In this document: piece by piece, positions 38,269 through 47,624 of the stretch
Position numbering within the stretch: position 1 is the first letter of the stretch
How the letters are laid out: the number at the start of each line of letters is the position of its first letter
Source of the DNA: Bacteroidia bacterium
GTDB taxonomy: Bacteria > Bacteroidota > Bacteroidia > SXHM01
Direction: 5' to 3'
DNA: 64,000 nt
Assembly: GCA_022072225.1 (NCBI GenBank)
Contig: JAJVIC010000006.1
Location: 73,785-137,784 of the forward strand
Made by a program: the position numbers and the translations under genes
Notes under the pieces: model-generated
Database searches by the model: none
The model's input: only the letters and a program-made list of their open reading frames with translations
What the model was told of the DNA's origin: nothing

Positions 38269-38481
38269 TTAAAGTTCCTCACACTTAAACCCTGCCTTCT
38301 GCAATGCTTCAATGACTTGAAAGGGTGTAAACCCGGAACCTACAACTCGCAGAGTAAAATTCTCATCCTTAAAATCAATATCCCAATTAAATATTTTTTC
38401 TTGAAACTCTTTAAAACAATTTTCTACTTTCTGTTTATCAGTTACCTTCGTTATATTAGTTTTAAAAAGTAGAATTTTCAT
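38269..38481 (-). CDS. Small hypothetical protein (70 aa)
   Basis: First ORF of the minus-strand gene string 38481->33402. Confidence 0.35.
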   Translation of the reverse strand: MKILLFKTNITKVTDKQKVENCFKEFQEKIFNWDIDFKDENFTLRVVGSGFTPFQVIEALQKAGFKCEEL

Positions 38482-38533
38482 TACTACAAATGAAAGACAA
38501 TTTCATTATAGAACGCAATACTATGATAAGGTA

Positions 38534-40348
38534 TTATGCTGGTATAGCTACTGCATTCTTTTTCCAGATTACATCAATCTCGCCAATAAGAAAATTTGTT
38601 CTTGCTTCAATTTTATGCTCATCCCAAACGATATCGCCCTCATCAAAGGGTTTCACTAAATCAAGTTTCGTAATTATTAATTCAGCATAGTCTTTTATTC
38701 CTTTTTTTCTGCCTTCTCCTACCATTTTGACTTCATACTTATAATTTTTAAGTGCAGAATTTAAATTTGTCGTTAGCAGAGTCATGTTTCCAATCCAATA
38801 GATTTTTGCCCAGCGGTCTTCAGCCGACTCTTTTTCTGACATAAGAGAACCATCAGGCTTGGTTTTTACCGGTAATGTGCCCCAATGCTCAGTCCAACTC
38901 TGTGGCATAATGTGCTCTAACGAATAGCAGTATTTTAAAGCCGTAGTATCATTCTTTTTATCATTATGTCTTCTATGAAGCTCGACCCAAAATAATAAAA
39001 GTGCTGCGTGACGATTCGAAATATACTTTAGCTGATTGTAAAAATCAGCATCATTACTTTCGGCTAAACGTGCATAAAGAGCGTTGGGATTTGTAATAAA
39101 CTCTTTACAAAATTTATTAAAAGCTTTTACTTCGTGTTTTGAAATAACGCGTCTTACTACAAAACTTTCAATGGCGGAAAACACTTTCTCTAATTGGGCT
39201 TCATCGTCACGCAAGCTTTTAAACAGATGTAATATCAATGGATGAAACGTTGAAATTTCAAAGCAATCCAAAATATGGAATAGTCGCTTCTGATATTCAT
39301 CAAAAGAGAACATTGTTTGATTGGTAAATATTAAAAATTTCTTCTTGTAAATGTCTGCGTATTCGGTAATATCCTCAATAAATTTCTTAATCTGATCAAA
39401 CGTTGTAAAATTTGCAATGTGCTCTTTATACAGCCAAGATAAATCTGACAGTGTATGCTCGTCAGGGTCGTAAATTCCTTTGATAACAGCTACCGAGTGA
39501 AGTAGGAGTTCAATATTATCTCTTCGCAAGCGTCCAGTTGAGCGTTGTGTTTCCCAAAAAGTAACATTCTCTTTTTCCCCGGTAATAATTTTATTCCAGG
39601 TCGCACTATATAATTTGATAGCTTCTTTTTGACCCTTCAGTTGGATTACCTTTTGAAAAAGAGCATTTTTTATAATATCAGCGGCACTCAAATGAACTCC
39701 TGCGCTGTTAATGGTATCGAATATAGCTTGCTCCTCGTCTTTCGCCCCTAAATCAATGACAACTAGAATTTCATTTTCGCTTTTTGTGAGCCAATTAAAA
39801 AGCGCCATATTTTCTTTCGAATCTTTTTTCTCAAGTTCATTTAAAAAATATTGATAGCATTGCATAACTCTGCTATCACTATCATTGGGAATTACCAATG
39901 GTGAACTATCTATTCCTGCTCGTATAACGGATTCATATACCTGTGCATCCAAATGCGAATGTTGAATCTTAATAAGATAATTTTCATCCGTTTCATCTAT
40001 TTTATAAAACAGACAATTTCTCATTGAGTTTTCTACATTTTTCTTAGTCGCATCCGGTAATGAATCGTATAAAGCTTTGAGTAGAATACTTAATGTGGTT
40101 AAACGTTGTTGTCCATCAATAATAAGAGCTTCTTTAGGTTCACCCGTTGCAACTGTTTGCTGTTTTAAAATGATTGAGCCTAAAAAGTGATTTTTACTGG
40201 TGTTGGAAAGTTCGATAAGTAAGTCTTCCCAATTATCTTTTTTCCAAACATAAGCTCTTTGAAAAAATGGTACACGAATTAGTGCTTCCATTTTAAGAAA
40301 CGTAAAGGCTCTCGATTTTGCTTCCATCGTGTAAGTATTTGAAAGCAA
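38534..40348 (-). CDS. GmrSD-family type IV restriction-like protein (DUF262 + DUF1524)
   Basis: N-terminal FFQRAYVWKKDNW and IIDGQQRLTTL (DGQQR, DUF262). C-terminal YSLEHIMPQSW His-Me finger (DUF1524). Confidence 0.75.
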   Translation of the reverse strand: MLSNTYTMEAKSRAFTFLKMEALIRVPFFQRAYVWKKDNWEDLLIELSNTSKNHFLGSIILKQQTVATGEPKEALIIDGQQRLTTLSILLKALYDSLPDATKKNVENSMRNCLFYKIDETDENYLIKIQHSHLDAQVYESVIRAGIDSSPLVIPNDSDSRVMQCYQYFLNELEKKDSKENMALFNWLTKSENEILVVIDLGAKDEEQAIFDTINSAGVHLSAADIIKNALFQKVIQLKGQKEAIKLYSATWNKIITGEKENVTFWETQRSTGRLRRDNIELLLHSVAVIKGIYDPDEHTLSDLSWLYKEHIANFTTFDQIKKFIEDITEYADIYKKKFLIFTNQTMFSFDEYQKRLFHILDCFEISTFHPLILHLFKSLRDDEAQLEKVFSAIESFVVRRVISKHEVKAFNKFCKEFITNPNALYARLAESNDADFYNQLKYISNRHAALLLFWVELHRRHNDKKNDTTALKYCYSLEHIMPQSWTEHWGTLPVKTKPDGSLMSEKESAEDRWAKIYWIGNMTLLTTNLNSALKNYKYEVKMVGEGRKKGIKDYAELIITKLDLVKPFDEGDIVWDEHKIEARTNFLIGEIDVIWKKNAVAIPA

Positions 40349-40420
40349 ATGTATTGTTTTTTAATGTTCGGTATTAAAAAGAATAAATTTGCGGTATCAT
40401 CAGCAAATAAAATGTAGAAA

Positions 40421-42451
40421 ATGGAAATATTATTCTTATGGATTAATAATTTTAATAACATCAAAGAGCAAGGATTTCAATTTGGAGGTAAGTATTTTAT
40501 TACTTATGATAAGAATAATCATGCACTTTATTTTAATAAAAATCCAAAATACATTGAAGGTTTTTTTAAAAATATTACTAATGACGCAAGTGATGGTGTT
40601 ATAAATAGCGTCTCAGCTTTAGTTGGTTCAAATGGTAGTGGGAAAAGCAGTGTAGTTCAATTTTTAGCAGGACAATTAATGGCTGGCCATATAATGGGTA
40701 GCAATAAATTACCGCTAAAAGATAACGGATTAATTGTAGTTGAAAGAGAAAATGAATTTCTCATTTATGATAACGATGAAGATGAGAAATTTATACACAA
40801 GCCTTTTAATCAAGATTCAGGTTTTACTGTTGATATTATTAAAGCTAACAAGAGAAAAACATACCCGCATGGAAATAGACTATATCATGAATTAATTGGC
40901 ATTTATTATTCTGATAGTTGGCATGATAATGTTGTTAAAACTATCGGTTCAGAGTCTGATTTAATCAACCTCTCAAGTAGTACATTATATTATAAAAGCC
41001 ACACTCCTATAGAACATGATTTAAAGAGAAAAAATAACTATACGACAGTATATTACCCTGATAAGCATATTAGTGATGATGTTAGAAGACAAATTGTTTT
41101 CATTAATGAGAAACATGAAGTAGTAAAGAAACTTGGTATAAAAATTCCATCTCACATTAATATTTTTATTCGGCAAGAATATACTATGGGTGGTGGAAGT
41201 AAAAACCCAAGAATAAAAGAGGATTCGGAAAAATTTCAAAAAACATTTCGATTAGTTTATCAAGCATATACCCCACAAAATGATATTGATTTTATTAGAT
41301 TGTTTTTCCTATCGGCATCCTTGGCTTTTTATGTTTATCCTTCCAAAAAATTTATTGAAAGGATAAACGAAAGATATAATGAATTTAATGTAGAAAATTT
41401 AGAATATGATTTTAAGCTTCTCACAGAAAAGTCTGCTACTCCGTTTGATTTAGCATATAAATTTTTATCATATCCTTTTTTTGAAATTCCAAAGGAAGCT
41501 GTAAAATTAAGAGAAGAGGATGAGCCTGTTGTTTCAGTTGATTTTAAAGTTCCAGAAACTATTTCTTACCTCAAATTCATAGATGAAAACTTCACAATAT
41601 CAAACATAAATCTACAGAAGTATAAAGAATCTATATTGGAGGATTTTCTGACAAATGGTGGCTTAAAAGAAAATCGTCAACTGAGTTTTAATCCATTTCA
41701 TTTTTATCTTAATTCTAACTATGGATATGAGTTTCTAAATAAATATCTCCATCACTTATTTAATGAAGTTGCAATAGATTATTTAGAGTTTAATCCATTA
41801 GAATTAAGTTCAGGGGAAATCGCGTTTCTGAATATTCTCTCAAGAATAAACTGTATTGGGAAAGAGGAAGTAAATAATTACAACAGATTCAAGTATATGA
41901 AATATACAGGTGCGAAAAATATTTTATTCTTTATTGATGAAGGAGAGGCACACTTTCACCCTCAGTGGCAAAAGAAATTTTTAGAACTATTGTTGAATGT
42001 ATTACCTGGGATGTTTCAAAATAAAACTATTCAACTTATTCTCACTTCGCATTCACCTTTATTTTTATCCGACCTTCCTCGTGAGAATATTAATTTTCTT
42101 AAACGCAATGAAGTTAAAGGAGTATGTGAGGTCTCAGATTTAGAAAGCAGAAAAGACACTTTAGGTGCAAATATTCACACTTTACTTGCAGATAGTTTCT
42201 TTATTCAAGGTGGACTCATTGGAGACTTTGCAAAAAATAAAATTAATGAAGTAATAGAACTATTGCAGGATGGTCCCACTGAGAAAATTTACGGTAAAAA
42301 AGAAGAGATAAAAAAAATTATACGAATGATTGGTGAACCAATTATTCGGAACAAACTGACACAACTTTTGAATGAGAGAATAGATGTAGATGAACGAATA
42401 AATGATTTACAGCGACAATTAGATAAACTGAAGAATAAGAAAAATGATTAG
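40421..42451 (+). CDS. ptuA: PtuA-like (Septu) ABC/AAA_21-type ATPase, full length
   Basis: Walker A VGSNGSGKSS, Walker B ILFFIDEGEAHFHP, LTSHSPLF. 676 aa. Confidence 0.6.
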   Translation: MEILFLWINNFNNIKEQGFQFGGKYFITYDKNNHALYFNKNPKYIEGFFKNITNDASDGVINSVSALVGSNGSGKSSVVQFLAGQLMAGHIMGSNKLPLKDNGLIVVERENEFLIYDNDEDEKFIHKPFNQDSGFTVDIIKANKRKTYPHGNRLYHELIGIYYSDSWHDNVVKTIGSESDLINLSSSTLYYKSHTPIEHDLKRKNNYTTVYYPDKHISDDVRRQIVFINEKHEVVKKLGIKIPSHINIFIRQEYTMGGGSKNPRIKEDSEKFQKTFRLVYQAYTPQNDIDFIRLFFLSASLAFYVYPSKKFIERINERYNEFNVENLEYDFKLLTEKSATPFDLAYKFLSYPFFEIPKEAVKLREEDEPVVSVDFKVPETISYLKFIDENFTISNINLQKYKESILEDFLTNGGLKENRQLSFNPFHFYLNSNYGYEFLNKYLHHLFNEVAIDYLEFNPLELSSGEIAFLNILSRINCIGKEEVNNYNRFKYMKYTGAKNILFFIDEGEAHFHPQWQKKFLELLLNVLPGMFQNKTIQLILTSHSPLFLSDLPRENINFLKRNEVKGVCEVSDLESRKDTLGANIHTLLADSFFIQGGLIGDFAKNKINEVIELLQDGPTEKIYGKKEEIKKIIRMIGEPIIRNKLTQLLNERIDVDERINDLQRQLDKLKNKKND

Positions 42452-43418
42452 GATTAAACGAGATAACCTCAACACTTTAGCTAGGCAGCACTATAAAAAT
42501 GTTGAGTCTTTTTCTCCTAAACTTACAGAAAGGCTGGAAGAAAGGTCTAGAAAACCTGGAGTACTACAAAGTTTCTATAAGCAGCTATTTAAGGATGTAA
42601 AACTTAAAAACAGCGAATCTTTACTAATCTCAACTCCTGAAAAATTAGAAGAGAAGATAAAAGAATACACAAATACATTTGGATTTGATTTTTCAAAAAA
42701 CATACACAAGACACTTAGACGGGAATTGCAAAGGGTGTTTGATTATAGTGGTTATGCAAAAGAATATGGATATTGGCTTGCAAAAGAATTGAAAGTAAAT
42801 GTTTGCCCATATTGTAACCGGCAATACACCTTTACAGTTAGTCGTGGAAGAAATAAAATAGTTCGACCTGAATTTGATCATTTTTATAACAAAAAAACTT
42901 ACCCATATTTATCACTTTCATTTTACAATCTTATTCCATCATGTTCAATTTGTAATCGTCTTAAAGGCTTTCAAAATTTCAACATCAAAAAGAATATTCA
43001 TCCTTATTTGAGCGGCTTTAATCCTATTGCAAAGTTTAAAACTAAGTTAAACGGCATAGAAGCAATTTGGGGTGATTCGGATAAAATAGAATTATTGTTA
43101 AACACTGGAGGAAATCCATTGGTTAAAAAAAATGCTAAAACTTTCAAATTAAAAGAATTATATAATGGGTACGGAACAATAAGAAAAAACGATGTTTCCG
43201 GACACAGAGATTATGTAATTGAAATCATACAAAAAAGACTCATTTATAACAGTAGCTATATTGATGAATTATTCGAAACATATCAGGGTATATTCTTTAA
43301 AACAAGAGAAGATGCAGTAAGGTTAGTATTGTCTAATTATGTTACAGAAGATGGATTAGAAAAAAGGGTTCTTTCTAAACTTACAAAGGATATAAGCGAA
43401 GAATGGGGCCTATTATAA
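42444..43418 (+). CDS. ptuB: PtuB-like HNH endonuclease
   Basis: CPYCNRQYT...EFDHFYNKK...CSICNRLKG. 8-nt overlap with ptuA-like gene. Confidence 0.6.
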   Translation: MIRIKRDNLNTLARQHYKNVESFSPKLTERLEERSRKPGVLQSFYKQLFKDVKLKNSESLLISTPEKLEEKIKEYTNTFGFDFSKNIHKTLRRELQRVFDYSGYAKEYGYWLAKELKVNVCPYCNRQYTFTVSRGRNKIVRPEFDHFYNKKTYPYLSLSFYNLIPSCSICNRLKGFQNFNIKKNIHPYLSGFNPIAKFKTKLNGIEAIWGDSDKIELLLNTGGNPLVKKNAKTFKLKELYNGYGTIRKNDVSGHRDYVIEIIQKRLIYNSSYIDELFETYQGIFFKTREDAVRLVLSNYVTEDGLEKRVLSKLTKDISEEWGLL

Positions 43419-43514
43419 TTAGGCTATTAAAAGAAATATTCAATTTGGTTCCGTTTGCGAACAAATTCCCTCACAATCATTAAATAAAAGAGTATTGATA
43501 AAATAAAACGAAGT

Positions 43515-45278
43515 CTACCTACTTCCGTCATATGTATATGATAATGTTTGTAAATGTCCAGTCGTTGCATATGGTCTACCTCTCTGAGTAGTTCGACCTG
43601 TTTCAGATATTAAATAAAGATTGTTTTTTGCTCGTGAACAAATAACATATAATAGCTTTTTGGCTGTACTTTGAGCATCTTCTTCATTCCAGTTAGGTAT
43701 ATAGCCATGCAATAATCCAAATGCAATAACTGTTTGAAATTCTTCTCCTTTAATTCCGTGGCAAGTATTTACTACAACGCCTGAATTATGTGAAAATAAT
43801 CTCTTGAAACTTTTTACATCTGTAGCATAATCAAATTCACGATTTTCTAATCTCTTTTTTGCTCCTTCAAAAAATGAATCCCAATGCAATTTCAAATACT
43901 CATTTTCTTCAACCTTGATTTTTAAATTTTCACAAGCTTTTGAAAAACATTCATGAAGAAATTCCAATCCATTAACCCGATCAGATTTAATAGCATTAAG
44001 CGATTTTAAAAGGCTTCGAGTTCTTCTTTCATCATCTGGAAAAAGATGTACACCAATACCATCAAGCTCATTTAATAATTCAGCAGCCCATCTTGTTCTT
44101 GTATGATACATATTAGGAGCAGGGTCAACTAAAAATAAACGTGCAAATTTATACCACGTATTTTCTCTATTGCGTATTAGGGGTGAAAGTCCAGGCGCGT
44201 CAAAGTTCACGGATGGCAATAATTTTTTTAGCTTTCTACCCATTGGGATAATTAACCACCATTGCGGGGCTAAAACACATATTTCATGCTCAGGAACACC
44301 TTTTGCAATATTTTCTTGGATTAATGAAGCAATTGTTTCATCAAGGACATCTTTATGCACCTCTTGATTGGAAAAGCTTATTAAACCTCGCTCATCAGAA
44401 TATTTACAAAGAGATTTGATGTCAATATTTGTAGATTGAAAGTTTCGGTAGTAGTCTATTATTCGTTGATTACTTCTGTAATTACCTGACAATTCTTTCT
44501 CCCGCATTTCAATATTTCCAAATTGCGCTTTTATCTCATTTAAAGATTTTGCAACACCGCCCAGTGATACATATATTGCTTGATCTTTGTCTCCTACTAT
44601 AAATAACAGTGTTTTACCATTTTGAGCCTTAATTATTTTAGATAATATGGCGTATTGCAGTTCCTGGGTGTCTTGATATTCATCCACGCATATTAAATGG
44701 AAAATGTTATTTAAAGTTTTTGCAATTTTTGGATAATTATCAAGTAAGGCATATGCAAAATAAAGCATTTGATCAAAGTCAATAAGCTTGTGGGTTTTCA
44801 ATATACTATGGTATTCCTTAACTAAATCGATATTCGTAATTTCTGCTAATGAACCATCTGCATTTATTCGGGTTAGGATTCTTGTATACCAAGGCAGACT
44901 ATACTTCTCTTTTAAAGCCGAAATAATTTCTTCTGATCTATGTTCATCAGCGATAACAAAACCGTTTTTTAGTTCATCCAAATAACCTTTATAAGGGCGG
45001 AGTATCCAGTCTAAGCAAAAAGAGTGAATTGTGCCTGCCCAAAGTTGGGCTTTAGGCTCAACGTTCATTCTGCTTATTCTTTCCTTTATCTCATCTGCTG
45101 CACGATTAGTAAAAGTTAATGCAACAATTGTTTTTTTACTCTCTTCAATTTTTTTAAGTTCATGAGCAATTTTAAAAGTAAGTACACGAGTTTTGCCACT
45201 GCCGGGACATGCAGTAATCAAAACATGTCCCGACTCAATCACTGCTGCTTTCTGTTGTTCACTTAAACTTCTAAGCAC
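43515..45278 (-). CDS. gajB: GajB-like UvrD/PcrA-family helicase
   Basis: Motif I CPGSGKT, Ia TFTNRAADEI, II VDEYQDTQ, III VGDKDQAIY. 8-nt overlap with upstream OLD-family ATPase gene. Confidence 0.7.
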   Translation of the reverse strand: MLRSLSEQQKAAVIESGHVLITACPGSGKTRVLTFKIAHELKKIEESKKTIVALTFTNRAADEIKERISRMNVEPKAQLWAGTIHSFCLDWILRPYKGYLDELKNGFVIADEHRSEEIISALKEKYSLPWYTRILTRINADGSLAEITNIDLVKEYHSILKTHKLIDFDQMLYFAYALLDNYPKIAKTLNNIFHLICVDEYQDTQELQYAILSKIIKAQNGKTLLFIVGDKDQAIYVSLGGVAKSLNEIKAQFGNIEMREKELSGNYRSNQRIIDYYRNFQSTNIDIKSLCKYSDERGLISFSNQEVHKDVLDETIASLIQENIAKGVPEHEICVLAPQWWLIIPMGRKLKKLLPSVNFDAPGLSPLIRNRENTWYKFARLFLVDPAPNMYHTRTRWAAELLNELDGIGVHLFPDDERRTRSLLKSLNAIKSDRVNGLEFLHECFSKACENLKIKVEENEYLKLHWDSFFEGAKKRLENREFDYATDVKSFKRLFSHNSGVVVNTCHGIKGEEFQTVIAFGLLHGYIPNWNEEDAQSTAKKLLYVICSRAKNNLYLISETGRTTQRGRPYATTGHLQTLSYTYDGSR

Positions 45279-47409
45279 TTGCCAATACTTTTTTTATTAC
45301 ATCCGTGACAATATCAGAATCCATTTTTTTGCAATAAAAATCCAATGCGCTATTAGTATCATTGATTTTATTAAACTCATCAAATAATACCTTGTAATCT
45401 GTCTTATCTCCGGTAAATGATAAAGTAGAGAATGCTTTTAATCTATATTTTGCCATTGAAACTAATGTTCCTTTACTTAAATGAGGAGCGGCAAAAATTA
45501 AGGCTTTTGTGATGTGAGTTGGGATTGAAGTTAAATGAGTTACTTGCTCGGCTATCATGAGTGCAAACCATCCTTTACCAAATTTTTTTGCTAATCGCAG
45601 AATTTCCTTGCCAGATACTGAAACATCCTTATCCTCAAGTAAAGCTTTTGAGGTATCAATGTCAGCTTTACGAGAATATTCTTTATTTACTACCTGAACA
45701 ATTTCATGCGAGTTATTCGCCAATAAAAAATCAACCTCAAATGTATATTTACCATAAAAAGCTTTAATCCATCCATTATCCTTACAAAACTCCTTTAAAT
45801 TTTCTTTTCTTTCCAATCCTGCCTTCTGAGAATTCCGACAATCTTTTTGATATCGATTATCGTCAGCAGGATTATCTGGCAATGTGACAATTGAGGAATC
45901 AAGGTCTGTAATTATTGCACAGTATTTGTTTATTCTATCATCATGAAAAATTCTGGCGATGTTTTCAAATCCGGTGCTTCCAATATTAATAAGACTAATA
46001 CCAATTTCATCCAGTGTTACACCTAATACCTTCTTAACTAGTTCGGGTATTATTATTTGTTCTGCATCTCCTTCAACTAATAATACACCTTTAGCGAACA
46101 ATAAGTTAGTTCTTACTGCATCGAGATACCTTTCTAATCTGACAATTTCCGGTTTTGACAATCCATTAGATGGACTAAATACTATTGCTTCTTTTTTGGC
46201 TCTGCTTAATATGTTTACTGAACTTATTTGACTTACAGAGGAAATGTGAGTCGAATGAGTTGATATTATTACTTGGGTATTATGATTATCTAATTTTTGA
46301 AAGAGTGTCTTCTGAATGTGTGTATGAATATGCGCCTCTGGTTCTTCAATCAAAATGAAATTTGCTATCTTATTAAAAGCCTTTATTCGCTCATATTCCA
46401 ATAATTTAAGCGAAATGTATATCAGGTTAGCGCCTCCTAAGCTAAGTTCCCATATCTTACCTTGGTAATCCGGCTCATCGGGGTCACCTACAAGTAGTTT
46501 AAGTGATTGTAAAAGTTTATCTATTTCTGAAGGTAATTCACTTTGTATTTTAATGCCGGGCGCATAGGTTTCTCCGACTGATTCTTTAATAGTATTTGTT
46601 ATACCATCTGAAACTTTTTTTACTTCATCTAAGGACGATAAATCATCATTCAAAGTTTTTACTTTGGTTTCTATATCTGTTTTCTTTGCTTCGGGTATAT
46701 CATTCTCCTTACCACGAAGCAAATTCAAAAGAGGGTTATCTCTGAATGATCTTAAATCTGCTTCAACGTCTCTTAAAGCTTTTGCGAATGTGCAAGAAAC
46801 TTCATTTGGAATTGCGAGACCATGTAATTTGATTCCGTAGACATCTGATTGTTCATCATCAGGATTCGGAAAAATAATCTCCTCAAAATCGCCCACGTAC
46901 TTTTTATATGCTTCATCATCAGAAAAATTAACATTCCCTTTACCTTTATACACTACTTCGTAGTCATTAATAGAAAATGTTTTTAAAATGTCGGCTAATC
47001 CCTCATCGCTTTTTTTAGCGCTTATTGAATATTCATATAGTTGTCTTCTTTGCGGTTCACGCGGCCTAAAGTACAGAGCATATGAGCCCGTATTGGTATC
47101 TAAATCATCAGCATTTCCAACCTTGTGCATTGCAATTGCCTGTGCTTCTTCATTAGGGTCTAAATCTCCAAAAAGAACTTGAATAATAATCCAATGTCCT
47201 TGCCAGTTTCCCAAGGTTCTGTTAAAATCATTTTCAAAAAAACGAGCTCCTCGAGGTAATGATTCGTCAATTAACAATCGCAAGGCATGAAAAAGGTTTG
47301 TTTTACCGGCACCATTCTCGCCTATTATAGTGTTAACCCCTTTATTGAAATTTAGTCTAACACTCCTAAAAGTCCTAAAATTCCGAATTGATAAATTAGA
47401 TATATACAT
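45271..47409 (-). CDS. gajA: GajA-like OLD-family ABC ATPase with C-terminal TOPRIM domain
   Basis: N-terminal IGENGAGKTNLFHAL, Walker B ILIEEPEAHIH. TOPRIM VLLVEGDAEQIIIPEL and AIITDLD (DxD). Confidence 0.7.
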   Translation of the reverse strand: MYISNLSIRNFRTFRSVRLNFNKGVNTIIGENGAGKTNLFHALRLLIDESLPRGARFFENDFNRTLGNWQGHWIIIQVLFGDLDPNEEAQAIAMHKVGNADDLDTNTGSYALYFRPREPQRRQLYEYSISAKKSDEGLADILKTFSINDYEVVYKGKGNVNFSDDEAYKKYVGDFEEIIFPNPDDEQSDVYGIKLHGLAIPNEVSCTFAKALRDVEADLRSFRDNPLLNLLRGKENDIPEAKKTDIETKVKTLNDDLSSLDEVKKVSDGITNTIKESVGETYAPGIKIQSELPSEIDKLLQSLKLLVGDPDEPDYQGKIWELSLGGANLIYISLKLLEYERIKAFNKIANFILIEEPEAHIHTHIQKTLFQKLDNHNTQVIISTHSTHISSVSQISSVNILSRAKKEAIVFSPSNGLSKPEIVRLERYLDAVRTNLLFAKGVLLVEGDAEQIIIPELVKKVLGVTLDEIGISLINIGSTGFENIARIFHDDRINKYCAIITDLDSSIVTLPDNPADDNRYQKDCRNSQKAGLERKENLKEFCKDNGWIKAFYGKYTFEVDFLLANNSHEIVQVVNKEYSRKADIDTSKALLEDKDVSVSGKEILRLAKKFGKGWFALMIAEQVTHLTSIPTHITKALIFAAPHLSKGTLVSMAKYRLKAFSTLSFTGDKTDYKVLFDEFNKINDTNSALDFYCKKMDSDIVTDVIKKVLASA

Positions 47410-47411
47410 GC

Positions 47412-47624
47412 TTATGTATTAGGAGTATTTTTTGTTTCCATCTGCTTGATAATATTGTTTACCTCCTGTTCTGTAGAACGTAGCTTTGACTGACAAAATG
47501 TTATGAGTTCAGAAGCTCGTTTAACTTTTTCTGCAAGAACATCAACTGACACAGATTCTGATTCAATTTCAGAAGCAATTTTTTTTAATTCCGCATATGC
47601 TGCTTCATAGGTTATATTCTCCAT
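47412..47624 (-). CDS. xseB: Exodeoxyribonuclease VII small subunit
   Basis: YEAAYAELKKIASEIESESVSVDVLAEKVKRASELITFCQSKLRSTEQEV matches XseB helical hairpin consensus. Confidence 0.75.
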   Translation of the reverse strand: MENITYEAAYAELKKIASEIESESVSVDVLAEKVKRASELITFCQSKLRSTEQEVNNIIKQMETKNTPNT

